A DNA stretch of 64,000 bases, from assembly GCA_964291295.2 (NCBI GenBank), contig OZ219754.1:1664001-1728000 (forward strand), written 5' to 3'. This document shows, piece after piece, positions 39,954 to 50,500 of the stretch (its first letter is position 1; each line of letters opens with the position of its first letter). The notes under the pieces were generated by a model. It was not told where the DNA came from. It worked only from the letters and a program-made list of their open reading frames with translations, and did no database searches. A program made the position numbers and the translations under genes. Source of the stretch: an uncultured Candidatus Binatia bacterium (GTDB taxonomy: Bacteria; Desulfobacterota; Binatia; UBA9968; JAJDTQ01).

Positions 39954-41114
39954 ATGAACGCGGATCTGAAGATGTTCTTGTTGACCGCCGACGACCTGGT
40001 CCGGTGTCATTGGGACGGACGGTCCCGGCGCGTGGCGGTTCTGGACCGGGCGCTCGAGGGCGAGGTGCTGCGGGAGGTGGCCCGTGACGCGGGGGACTCC
40101 CATCGGCTGTACGCCGCCACCGGCACGGAGATGCACGTGAGCGAGGACGGTGGGGAGAGTTGGAAGTGGATTCCGTCGGGGGGCCTTGACTACCGCGACA
40201 TCTGGACCATGCAGCCGCATCCCACGCGGCCCGGCGAGGTCTACGTCGGTACCCTGCCCGCGGCCGTGTACGTGAGCGAGGACGGCGGGTGCTCGTTCCG
40301 CGAACTCGCAGCGTTCCGGAAGCTTGAGGACTACGCGCGCTGGACGTTTCCGCCGCCGCCGCATACGCCGCACATTCGCTGCATCGTCCTGGACAGCCGG
40401 GTGCCGGACGAGATCGTGGTGGGCGTGGAGGAAGGCGGTGTCGTCCGAAGCCGGGACCGGGGCGAGACCTGGGAAGACATCAGCGGTCCCTCAAGCGAAG
40501 CGTCCTATCCGGAATACAACGACCCGTCGGGTCGGCTGCCCTACCAGATGGGCATTCATGAGGATGGCCGGGTCTATCGCGACGTGCACTGGGTTCGACG
40601 GGACCCCGCCAGCCTCGACACGCTGTATGCCACCACCGGCATCGGCACCTACCGCACCGACAACGGCGGCGTCTCCTGGCGGAAGCTGGAATACGACATG
40701 GGACGCTCCTACGCCATTCCCTTCGACATCCATCCCACCGTCCCGGAGCGTATCTTTCTGGGCGCCGCGGAGAACGGCCCCACTTCCTGGAAGGGCCATC
40801 GCACGGTCCGCCCGGGTCCCTACAACACCATTCGCTTCAGCCGCGACACCTCGGAGGAGGTGGGGGGTGCCAAGTCCGCCATCCTGCGCAGCGACGACCG
40901 CGGCGCGACATGGCGCCGGCTGGAAGGCGGTCTGCCCCAGGGACACGCTCACATGACGAGCTGCGTGGCGGTGCATCCCGGCGATCCCGACACCGTGGTC
41001 ATCGGCTATACCGACGGAACCGTGTACGCGAGCCATGACGCCGGCGAAGCCTGGGAGCAGCTGGATCTGCCCGAGTCCAGACTCTACGGAGTGCGGTTGC
41101 TTTCCGATTCGTGA
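39954..41114 (+). CDS. BNR/Asp-box repeat beta-propeller protein (no signal peptide)
   Basis: SEDGGESW, SRDRGETW, TDNGGVSW, SDDRGATW, SHDAGEAW; paralogue of 8933-10009. Confidence 0.85.
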   Translation: MNADLKMFLLTADDLVRCHWDGRSRRVAVLDRALEGEVLREVARDAGDSHRLYAATGTEMHVSEDGGESWKWIPSGGLDYRDIWTMQPHPTRPGEVYVGTLPAAVYVSEDGGCSFRELAAFRKLEDYARWTFPPPPHTPHIRCIVLDSRVPDEIVVGVEEGGVVRSRDRGETWEDISGPSSEASYPEYNDPSGRLPYQMGIHEDGRVYRDVHWVRRDPASLDTLYATTGIGTYRTDNGGVSWRKLEYDMGRSYAIPFDIHPTVPERIFLGAAENGPTSWKGHRTVRPGPYNTIRFSRDTSEEVGGAKSAILRSDDRGATWRRLEGGLPQGHAHMTSCVAVHPGDPDTVVIGYTDGTVYASHDAGEAWEQLDLPESRLYGVRLLSDS

Positions 41115-41201
41115 TCCCGGGCCGCCAGCACCACAGGCCCGCAAGGCTCCGGGCGGTCGAACGCCGAACGCGGAACGCCGAAGAAACTCCTCGGCGCACC
41201 G

Positions 41202-41230
41202 TTGACCACGGCGGTTGCGATGCTTAACTT
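41202..41230 (+). promoter_or_regulatory. candidate sigma70-type promoter of hsp20
   Basis: TTGACC-N17-TAACTT. Confidence 0.45.
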
Positions 41231-41309
41231 CTCCTTGCAACGAAGAGGTCCAAGGCGCCAAGGAACTCGGGAAAGCATGACAAGAAATCTCGGAAAAGGA
41301 GGCAGGATC

Positions 41310-41768
41310 ATGTTGAACCACGAAGTGACGAGATGGCAGCCGTATCTGTTCGGCGGGTACCGCGACCTGGACGCCGTACTGGACAGATTCCTGGGACCCC
41401 GCAAGCCGGACATCGACTGGACGCCGCGGATGGACGTCGGCACCCGAGATGGCCACTACGTCCTCCGTCTCGACCTGCCGGGAGTGGATCCGAAGGACCT
41501 CGACATCGAGGTGGAAGGACGAGTCCTGACCATCAAGGGCGAGCGCAAGACCGAGGAGCAGGGCCACCACTACAAGGAGACCTTTCACGGCAGGTTCGAG
41601 CGCCAGGTCAGATTGCCCGACGGCATCGACACCGACAGGATCAAGGCCGGTTACAAGAACGGCGTGGCCGAGATTCGGATACCGCTGGCCACCGGCACGG
41701 CGGGCCGCAAGGTTCCCATCCAGACCGAAGGGGGCGAAAAGCCGGCCATCGAGCAGAACGCCGGATAA
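41310..41768 (+). CDS. Hsp20/alpha-crystallin small heat-shock protein
   Basis: DLPGV, LTIKGER, GRFER...LP, AGYKNGV; AAAGGAGG RBS. Confidence 0.93.
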   Translation: MLNHEVTRWQPYLFGGYRDLDAVLDRFLGPRKPDIDWTPRMDVGTRDGHYVLRLDLPGVDPKDLDIEVEGRVLTIKGERKTEEQGHHYKETFHGRFERQVRLPDGIDTDRIKAGYKNGVAEIRIPLATGTAGRKVPIQTEGGEKPAIEQNAG

Positions 41769-41800
41769 GCTGCCGGCTCGACCCGGCAGGCACGTCAAGG

Positions 41801-41841
41801 AGAAGGGGGTCTCCCGTAAAGGGAGGCCCCCTTCTTGTTTT
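41801..41841 (+). terminator. Rho-independent terminator
   Basis: 15-bp stem agaagggggtctccc/gggaggcccccttct, loop gtaaa, T-rich tail. Confidence 0.8.
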
Positions 41842-42286
41842 GCACACCGTTGTTTCGCACACCGCCGCCGGTGATGTCGCGCCACGACAGTGCCCGAGGC
41901 GTGGCGCGAGGCCCTCAGCCTGATCGCCAGCGACACAACCGGTGCCGAAAGACAACACACCCAAAGTCGAAGGATGGCGGGCGACGGTTTCAGGTGACCT
42001 CGCCGCCGGTTGAAAGCGCTTGCACGCTCCTTGATCGGGATATGCGGCTGGCGGCTGGAAGGTCGAACCCGAGAGGGCTATATTCGGTTACGTTGGCGTG
42101 GCGCTTTCGTTGCTTCGGCGGAAATGCGCGGGGGAGCGAATTTCCACCCGATGACAACGACTTGCGGCCATGCTCGCAACCAGATCCGCTCGCCGTTCCG
42201 AATCAACCAGGGTGGGGGGGCGGTTCGTCTCGGAGTTCCGTGGAGCGGGGCGGAAGGGGAGGCGCCGCACAGACGCGGCACAGAAT

Positions 42287-43591
42287 ATGCTGACGCGAGT
42301 TCACATCAAGGGGTACAAGTCGCTCTCCGATGTCGAAGTGCGGCTGGAGCCTCTGACCCTGCTGTTCGGCCCGAACGCGTCGGGGAAAAGCAATTTTCTC
42401 GATGCGCTCCAGCTTCTGTCGAAGCTGGCAACGAGCCGGACGCTGAAGGCGGCATTCGATCCGCCCTATCGCGGCCTTCCTCTTGAATCCTTCAGTTTGG
42501 GGGACAAAGGGATCAAGGGTCTGGTCGCACAAGAAAGACTGGTTTTCTCGCTCGAGGCCGATTTGTACCTGTCGGACAAGATTGTCGACGCGGTCAATCA
42601 ACAGATTCGGGAAATGCGCCGGCCCAGCGGAGAGGGCCGGTCGGCGGAAGCCGGCACGAAAGCCGTCCGGGAACGGCACCTGCGTTACCGGGTCGAGATC
42701 GAAATGCTGCCCCGATCGGGCATTCTCCGAGTCACCGACGAATATCTTGCCGCGCTGAATTCCCGAGGGGAGCCGACCGGTAAACGGCGGGCGTTCATCG
42801 AACGGCGGGGCGAGAAGATCCATTTGCGGTTGGAGGGTCAGGCACATCCGACTTACTTTGATCGTTACCTCGATCAGACGATTCTTTCCATGCCCCACTA
42901 TCCTCCACACTACCCGCACTTGATCGCGGCGCGGCACGAACTGGAAAGCTGGCTGTTCTTTTACTTCGAGCCCCGGGAGCGTATGAGAGCGGCCAACCCC
43001 GTCAAGGAAGTGCGCCACATCGGCTTGATGGGAGAAGAGCTGGCTTCGTTTCTCAATACGCTGCAAGCGCTCAGACCTGAACAGTTCAAGGCGATCGAAA
43101 AAGCCTTGCGCACCGTGCTTCCCGATGTCGATGGGATCGAGGTAGAGGTAAGCGACCTGGGGGAGGTGGAAATTCGCCTCAAGGAAGGTGGAGTGGCTAT
43201 ACCGGCCCGGGTGTTGTCCGAAGGAACCTTGCGGATGTTGGGGCTTCTGGCCCTGAGTGGGGCGGATGCGCCTCCATCGCTCGTGGGATTCGAGGAACCG
43301 GAGAACGGTGTGCATCCCCGCCGGATTCAAATGATCGCGGAGTTGCTGAGGACACGTTCAAGTTTCGGGCAAGCTCAGTATATCGTCACCACTCATTCTC
43401 CGATTCTACCCGATCGTCTGCCGGATCAGTCCTTGTTCGCGGTGCGACGGATCAATCGCGGTACCCGGATCGACCCCTTTTCCGCGTGGGGTCCGCTGGC
43501 GCGAAGGCGATGGATAGGCGGTGTGCTTGACCAGCAGGTTGAAACACTCTCCGTCTCGGAACGCATCATGAGGGGGGATTTCGATGGGTGA
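42287..43591 (+). CDS. AAA_21-type ABC ATPase (COG4637-like)
   Basis: GYKSL, GPNASGKS, LSEGT, FEEPENGVHP, TTHSP. Confidence 0.9.
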   Translation: MLTRVHIKGYKSLSDVEVRLEPLTLLFGPNASGKSNFLDALQLLSKLATSRTLKAAFDPPYRGLPLESFSLGDKGIKGLVAQERLVFSLEADLYLSDKIVDAVNQQIREMRRPSGEGRSAEAGTKAVRERHLRYRVEIEMLPRSGILRVTDEYLAALNSRGEPTGKRRAFIERRGEKIHLRLEGQAHPTYFDRYLDQTILSMPHYPPHYPHLIAARHELESWLFFYFEPRERMRAANPVKEVRHIGLMGEELASFLNTLQALRPEQFKAIEKALRTVLPDVDGIEVEVSDLGEVEIRLKEGGVAIPARVLSEGTLRMLGLLALSGADAPPSLVGFEEPENGVHPRRIQMIAELLRTRSSFGQAQYIVTTHSPILPDRLPDQSLFAVRRINRGTRIDPFSAWGPLARRRWIGGVLDQQVETLSVSERIMRGDFDG

Positions 43592-44174
43592 TATCGCGTT
43601 GTTCGTCGAAGACTTTGCACACCAGCAGGTCATCGAGGCACTGGTTCGGCGGATTGCCAGAGAATGCGGGATTCACGTGTGACTGGATTGGCGAAGCGCG
43701 GTGCGCGGTCATGGACGAGTGGTTCAAGAATCGGCCGACTACCTGCGGAACCTGACCGATCAGGGCGGTCGCCCGCCGGACCTGATCGTTGTCGCCACGG
43801 ATGCCAATTGCGAAGGATGGACCAAACGTGCAAGGGAGGTCGGCAATCGGGAGGCACCGGCACCCTTGGTTCTGGCTATTCCGGACCCCCATATCGAACG
43901 GTGGCTGTTGCTCGACGGTGCAGCGTTCAAGAGAGTTTTTGGCAAGGGTTGTGCCGCGCCCGACCGGAAGTGCAGCCGCGACCGGTACAAGTACTGCCTC
44001 GCGGAAGCGATACACGCCGCGGGCATCACTCCGAGTTTTGGCGGTATCGAGTTCGCTCACGATATCGTTCAGCATATGGACTTGGGCCGTGCGGCGAGGG
44101 CTGATCGGTCTTTCCGCCGTTTTGTCGAAGATCTCCGTGCCGCGCTGCGCAGAATCGTGAGACACGACAAGTAG
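43584..44174 (+). pseudogene. DUF4276/RloB-like TOPRIM-fold partner interrupted by in-frame TGA at 43680-43682
   Basis: Manual translation gives MGDIALFVEDFAHQQ...GIHV*LDW...VVATDAN...PHIERWLLLD...RSFRRFV; overlaps the ATPase stop. Confidence 0.75.
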
Positions 44175-44424
44175 CCTGAGGGGGGCTCTCAATCGTCGGC
44201 TTGCTTGGCGGTGAGAGAAGCGCTGTCCGGATACGTGTATTCGACGATTTGAATGACATGGGATGAAGCGGCACCGCTCTACAGCCACAGGCAACAACCC
44301 CATCCCGCCACTCCCGGATAACCCGTCGTCAAATCTCGGCCCCTCGGATGAACCGTCCGGACTACCTTCCGAATATCTCCGTGTTCCCGTTTCGAGAGCC
44401 ACAGGCCCTACAGGCCCGGGGGTG

Positions 44425-47400
44425 TCATTCCTCATCGTCAACGTCGATGACGTTCTTGAGGTCCTGGGCGTGTGTGTCGGTAAAATACAAAAACACCGGT
44501 TCACCGGCGAGCGTGATCGTCAGTTCGTTGCCGTCCAGCGCGTTGAACCCGTCTTTTATCTCGCTCCTGGAATCATTGGCATGCATGAACATCGCTGCGT
44601 GATTCGGGCATAATGCGAGGTAGTTCTGGTAGTGATGTTTCTTCAACTCCGGAAGAAACTCCACGGCCTCGAAGTAATAGTTTCCATTCCCGAGCCTGAA
44701 TGGAAGGCCGTCCCGACACGCCTGACAGAAGGTTATGCCGTTGACGTTAGTATAGAGCTCCCTCAGATAGGGATCGGTTTTTTCCTTCTTGGTCACGTCT
44801 CGGTTGCCTGAAATGGAACGCCGACTAATCTTGGTTGTCCGCTCCGGAGCACTACGTGCTTTCTTTCGGATATTCTCTGCTCTTCGATCTGGATTCCGGG
44901 GTTTGCTTGTGGGGAGTTCGCCGTTCTTCGTGTACTCCTCAAGCATCTTTCGGCGAACTTCCGGCGGAACGCGCTTCACAAACTTCAGCCCGTCTTCAAG
45001 TTCATCATCACTCTCAAAACCGAGTTCGGCGGCAACCTTTTGTTTCCGACGATATCGTTCCGCGAGCTCCTCTGTTTCCGCTCCAAAGCAGATGGCATCG
45101 AGCCAGGCCCAACCGGAATCGAACGGGAACCCGTCGGGCAGCAAGTCTCTGGACGCATCAACGGGGCGAACGAACCGACCATCCCCCTGGGGTACCCACG
45201 CCGCATTACGCAGTTGGTGTACGAGTTGTGAAGCGGCGGTATGTGGATCGTTGGACTGATTCTTTTGATAGGTTGCCTTCATCTTGTCGTTCGATGAGTC
45301 GCAGAGGGTTTTCCAGATGAGACAGGAAAGGTCAAGGTTCGGTTTCTTGAGCAATGTGGCCAGTTGGAGAATGACGAAATCGAGGTCGACGTTGGTGTCA
45401 TACCGGTGGATTCCCGGTGCGCTACTCAGGTACGCCCATTCAGGGTTATGATAACAATTGGATGGTGAAATTTCGAGTCGGTAGGCTACGCCGCACAATT
45501 TGGCAAATTCGATAAGCCGTGGTCTCATGTCGAAATCCATGTAGGCGTCGGTCAACGCGGATCGGTCGGACTCGGACCCAAGGGGAAAGTAGTAGGCCTG
45601 CAACATGGTTTCGAGATGGGGTGTGTCGAGATACACACCGCCTGGGCGGGACCAGCCACCACCGGATTTCTGGAAGATATAATAGTCCTTGAAGAGTTTT
45701 GTTTCCTGCCTGTTCTTTTCGACTAGCGCAATGAACCGCCTCAAGTCGGTTTCGTGGGTTTCCCAGGACGTCGAGTGGTTGGGGTTGGCGTATCGCCGTT
45801 TGAGAACAGTTTCGATCTGCTCAGACTCTCCGATTTCGCGGACGCCAATGTTCTCCAGAAAGGCTCGGGCACCACGCTGTACTTTTCTCCTGGCACCGTC
45901 GGTGTAGATATAGGTATCTTCTGCAACCCGGGGATGAATAGGGTCTGGCTGTGTCTCCTGAGTAGGGAAGTAGCACTCGGATCCTATTCTGAATTGACCA
46001 TCAGATAGCCTGACGATACAAATATCATCGAATCGTTCCAACTTGTTTTCGAATTCCCGATAAAAAAAGGCGTACAGCGAGCGGTGCCAGTCTACCGGTT
46101 TTCGGCGCATCCAATCAAGAAATATCGGGTCTGGGTCGTCTTTCCATGTTGCGTCCGACTGACACCATCGGCCGGCATTTGAGCAGCGGTCATCCAGGGT
46201 TTCCAGGAATTCCGTGGTGCCCCATCGTTTGATATCGAGATCATGATTCAAGATTCGGTCAACACGGTTGTTCCTTTGCGTAGCGGCAGCCGCCCAGTTG
46301 CGCCGATCCTTGTCATCGACAAGGAACCGGATGTCGCCGCGATTCAGGAGACGCTTCAACCCAGCTTCCGCTTGAAGAAGCTGGCAAGCCGGAGCATGGC
46401 CGTCGGTATTTGTTGGAGTCAGCGGTTGCTTGTTCATCGTGTCGACGATGGCCTCTCGTATGATCTGGTACGGTTTCGGGATGCCATCTTCGCTGTTCGG
46501 AAGCACGGCGAGGAAGTCCCGGTTGAGCAGACGGAGGTCGCGGATCTGGCAGAGGGATCGCGCCGCTAGTTCGGCGAGCTGCCGATACAGTGGCTCGTTG
46601 GCTGGCGTGTCCTTGATGCTGGAACGGCTGAGTTCCGGAACGAAGGGAGCATGGAGGTGAAAGTGGAGGTTCGAGGTTTCTTTCTCGGCCGTAAAATAAA
46701 CTGCGACGCGGCCCCTGTCGGCCGGCACAATTCGGAACTGCTCGGCGAAGCGCGGGGGTGCATCTGCCTTTTCCTTGTTCGACTGCGGCTCAAGTTCGAA
46801 GGCAATCGCAACGAATTGGCGATCCAGGTCTTTGACCGGTTCGGTGAAGCGGAGGAAGTGGGAGCTTGTGGTCGGCCTGCCAGCAGTTTCCCGAAGAATC
46901 TCCACGTGGTGATCTGAATGCGTATTTCGGAGCAGGCGGCCTTCCTCGCGACCGGTCATACTCCACTGGATCTCTTCGATGTTCGACAGGAACAATAGGG
47001 TATTGTCCGCAATATCCCGCAAACCGGCCTGAACTTCCAAGAACGCCTGGCTCGGCGGTTTCTTGCTGGAGTTGAACGGAAACTCGAACCGCGTGCGATC
47101 TACCAAGTCGGGGTTTGATGGTATCTCCCACGGAAGCACCATTTCTCGGATCTCGAAAGCATAGCTCGGCGACCAGACGCGTGGCGTTTCCGTATAGGCA
47201 AAAACAGCCTTGAAGCCGATTCCGAAACGACCGATTCGCTCTTCGTCGTCTGCCTTTGTTCCTTCCCCGATATCGGTGATGCTCTGAATATCGAATTCGT
47301 TGAATGTTCTTCCATTGTGTTCGAAGACAAGCACGTCATTGGAAAGAACAAAGGCAGCTTCGGTCGCGTCTGCGTCCTCAGCATTTTGAAGCAGTTCATA

Positions 47401-47517
47401 GATAAAATGCGCGCTATCGGGATAGAGATCCTCGGCAAACTTGCGAATTAAGGCGTATTTCTTGAGAACACGAGCAAGGTCTTCGTGATCCCGGCGAATC
47501 TGTTCAATGGCGTTCAT
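44425..47517 (-). CDS. sacsin-type GHKL (HSP90-like) ATPase with C-terminal HNH-like domain
   Basis: ELLQNAEDA, HNG, IGRFGIGFKAVF, TRFEFP; HLHAPF; C-terminal CQAC...NYLALCPNH. Confidence 0.85.
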   Translation of the reverse strand: MNAIEQIRRDHEDLARVLKKYALIRKFAEDLYPDSAHFIYELLQNAEDADATEAAFVLSNDVLVFEHNGRTFNEFDIQSITDIGEGTKADDEERIGRFGIGFKAVFAYTETPRVWSPSYAFEIREMVLPWEIPSNPDLVDRTRFEFPFNSSKKPPSQAFLEVQAGLRDIADNTLLFLSNIEEIQWSMTGREEGRLLRNTHSDHHVEILRETAGRPTTSSHFLRFTEPVKDLDRQFVAIAFELEPQSNKEKADAPPRFAEQFRIVPADRGRVAVYFTAEKETSNLHFHLHAPFVPELSRSSIKDTPANEPLYRQLAELAARSLCQIRDLRLLNRDFLAVLPNSEDGIPKPYQIIREAIVDTMNKQPLTPTNTDGHAPACQLLQAEAGLKRLLNRGDIRFLVDDKDRRNWAAAATQRNNRVDRILNHDLDIKRWGTTEFLETLDDRCSNAGRWCQSDATWKDDPDPIFLDWMRRKPVDWHRSLYAFFYREFENKLERFDDICIVRLSDGQFRIGSECYFPTQETQPDPIHPRVAEDTYIYTDGARRKVQRGARAFLENIGVREIGESEQIETVLKRRYANPNHSTSWETHETDLRRFIALVEKNRQETKLFKDYYIFQKSGGGWSRPGGVYLDTPHLETMLQAYYFPLGSESDRSALTDAYMDFDMRPRLIEFAKLCGVAYRLEISPSNCYHNPEWAYLSSAPGIHRYDTNVDLDFVILQLATLLKKPNLDLSCLIWKTLCDSSNDKMKATYQKNQSNDPHTAASQLVHQLRNAAWVPQGDGRFVRPVDASRDLLPDGFPFDSGWAWLDAICFGAETEELAERYRRKQKVAAELGFESDDELEDGLKFVKRVPPEVRRKMLEEYTKNGELPTSKPRNPDRRAENIRKKARSAPERTTKISRRSISGNRDVTKKEKTDPYLRELYTNVNGITFCQACRDGLPFRLGNGNYYFEAVEFLPELKKHHYQNYLALCPNHAAMFMHANDSRSEIKDGFNALDGNELTITLAGEPVFLYFTDTHAQDLKNVIDVDDEE

Positions 47518-50500
47518 GCCACGTCCTCCCGCGTTGTCCGAAGCAAACCCGCGACGATCAGGGTTGCGTGAATGTCCGCGTTTTCCGCCAGCCTCTCCAG
47601 GTCGGCAATCCGACGATCATAATCGTGTCTGGCGCGCGCCAGTTCGCCCTCCTTCATCCGGCGGATTCTGTCGTTCGTTGCGTTCTCGATCTGGTCCTCC
47701 AACAGTCTGCATCGAGCCCGATGGCTCGTGTCCAGGCTCTGGCTGCGGTGTTGAACGAGTTCCCGGTTCTCCGCCATATGGTTCGCGCGCGCCCACCGCC
47801 ATGCGTCGTGATGGCGTTTGTCGAGTCGGTCGATCTCGCCCTCCTCGGGCGGAAGGCCGGCGGGTGCGTCTGCCGCGGTCTCCAACAGGGACAACACGAC
47901 ATCATCCAGTTCCGGGTCGGAAGCGACGGCCACGAGCGTGTCATCGGATCGTATGCCGGCCTTGTGCCACTGATAGACGGCGAACGGGTATTCGCCGGGT
48001 GGGACGACTGCGGTCGCGGCGACCAGACGGACCCGCACGGTCTCGGGACACTCCAGGTGTCGCGCCGCCTGGCGGACCAGGGGGTGCAGGACGTGCAGAT
48101 AGATGGCTTTGGGTTCGGCCGTGGCGATCCTCTGGTCGAACGTGACCGGCAGCAGCGGGTCCGCCCCCTTGAGCCACTTCTCCCACTGCCGGGCGACCGG
48201 ATCGGTGGATCGGGGTTGCCTTCGGAAGTCTTCAAGCAGCCGCGCCCGGACCTTCTGGCCGAGCCGCAGCGTCTTGAGAGGCTTGTCACCCAATAGAAAA
48301 CCGCCGTCGGTCTCGGCCACGCTGGACAGGTAGGCGGTCACGCATCGTTGCAATGCCTCCGGGGACAACCAGAAGCTCTCGGCTTCCGCGATGTCCTTGC
48401 GCCAGGACGAGTTGGGGACCGTCAGACCGAACAGCTCGGCCTGTCGATTCTCCAGTGCGGTCTCTTCCTGAACTTGGCGGATCGTGTTGTCGCCGAGTTG
48501 CTGGAGGCGTTCGGCACGCTGTTCCGGGGTCAGGGTGAAGCTGTCTGCGATGTTGTGAATTTCCTGCGCAATCTCGCCGAGGATTTCCTCGCTGCCACCG
48601 ACGGCGTGATGGAACACGCCGATGCGCAGAAGGCAGCGTTCGTAGATATCCGCATCGACTGTACCGGGGGTCACCAGGTTGAGGATGGCAACACTTTCGC
48701 TCTGCTGGCCGTAGCGGTCGATGCGCCCGATGCGCTGTTCGATGCGCATCGGGTTCCACGGCAGATCGTAGTTGATCAGCAGGTCGCAGAACTGGAAATC
48801 CAGACCTTCGCCGCCGACCTCCGAGGACAGCAGAACGTCCAGCGCGTCCGGATCGTCCTTCGGCAGTGCGAAGCGGCGGCGCAATTCCGAGCGGTCCTCG
48901 TCCCCAACGCCGCCGTGCACGAGACCGTAACGCAATCCCGCGCTGGCAACGTGTTTCTCGACATAGGCGAGGGTGTGGCGAAAGGTGCTGAAGACCAAGG
49001 CTTTGTTGTTGTCCATCCGCTCCTTGTCCCGCAGAACCCCGAGGAAGGCCTGTCCCTTGGGATCGACAGAGTCGAGGTCGTCGGCTTTCTCCAGGAGTGC
49101 CTGGATGTCGTCCCGGATCTCGGCAAGGAAGGCGGCATCGACGTGCGGCTCGCCGTCGATGCCGTCCATCGCCTCAAGGCTGTCGAGTTGACCGGCGAGC
49201 GTGTCGCGCAACAGCGGGGCCAGACCGTAGAGGCAACTGGCCGCCTGGCGGCGGATTGTCGTCATCATGAACTTGACGTTCTGCTCGCCGTGGGCGCGCG
49301 CCAGGATGCGGGCTACGACATCAAGCAGGTCGTCATGCAGGCGACGCTGGGCGGGCGTGAACTCAATGGTCAGGGTCTTCGGCTGGCGGGTCGCGAACTC
49401 CCCGATATCCCGGCGGCGCGTCCGGTTGATTATCGGGCTGAAGGTGTAGAGTTCTTCGAGCGAGCGGATGATGCGGATGCGGCTCGTGTCGTCGATACGC
49501 TGCTCGGCCAGGCGATCATGAAGATCCTGGAATGCCGGCGATTCGCGAAGAAACAGACGGCCCCACTCGGTTTGTGCGGCAACCTTCAGACATTCCCTGG
49601 CCTTTTCCTGCCAGCGGTCCCCTCCGGTGCGGCAATGGCCGATAGCCGCGTTGATGGACCCGTTGGGCGCGGCCATCTGTTCGAAGCTCGGGCGGTCGAT
49701 GATGAGGTCGGGCCGCAAAACATTCAGCAGGGTAAAGAGGTCCGGGCTGCCCAGCTGCAGCGGCGTGGCGGTCAGGAAGACCGCCGCCTCGGCGTTGTCG
49801 CAGAAGTAGCGCACGGCCTGGTGAAGATAGGTCTCCGCATTGCGGATGTGGTGTGCCTCGTCAACGATCACGAGATCGAACCGGGGCGGCGGGTCAAGGG
49901 CGAGCAGTCCCGTGCCAGCCCGGGCCCGTTTCCCTTCCTTGCCGAAGAGCAGTTCCGAATCGAACAGGGAGAACGGGACAATCGCCTTGGCGTAGCGATC
50001 GGGCCATTCGCCTTCCAGTCCTGTTTCCCGCAGGCAGTGACGAAGCGTTCTACCGTCGAGCGCCTCGAAGTGCTCGTCGAAACGTTTCATTTCCAGGAAC
50101 CACTTGCGTTCGGTCACCAGCGCCTTGGGACACATCACCAGCACCGATGAAACATCCGTCCGAGCCTGCAACTCCTTGACGATCAGTCCCGCTTCGATCG
50201 TCTTGCCCACGCCCACCTCGTCGGCAATCAGCAGGCGCGGCCGGTCGGCACGGATCAGTCTCAGCACGGGACGATACTGATAAGGCACGAAGTGAACGCG
50301 CCCGGACCGCAGCGAGTACAGGTTGGCGGTAGACGGCGAGCGTAGATGCAGGCCGGTCAAGTAGGCGCGCAGGTTCTCGGCACTGACCGGGGAGCGTTCA
50401 TCAGCAGGCTCGACCGGCCGCAACTGGCTCTCGTAGTAGGTGGTCTGACGCCCATCTTGAAACACCTGGTAGCGGGTCTCGGCGTCGCCGGGCATGACGG

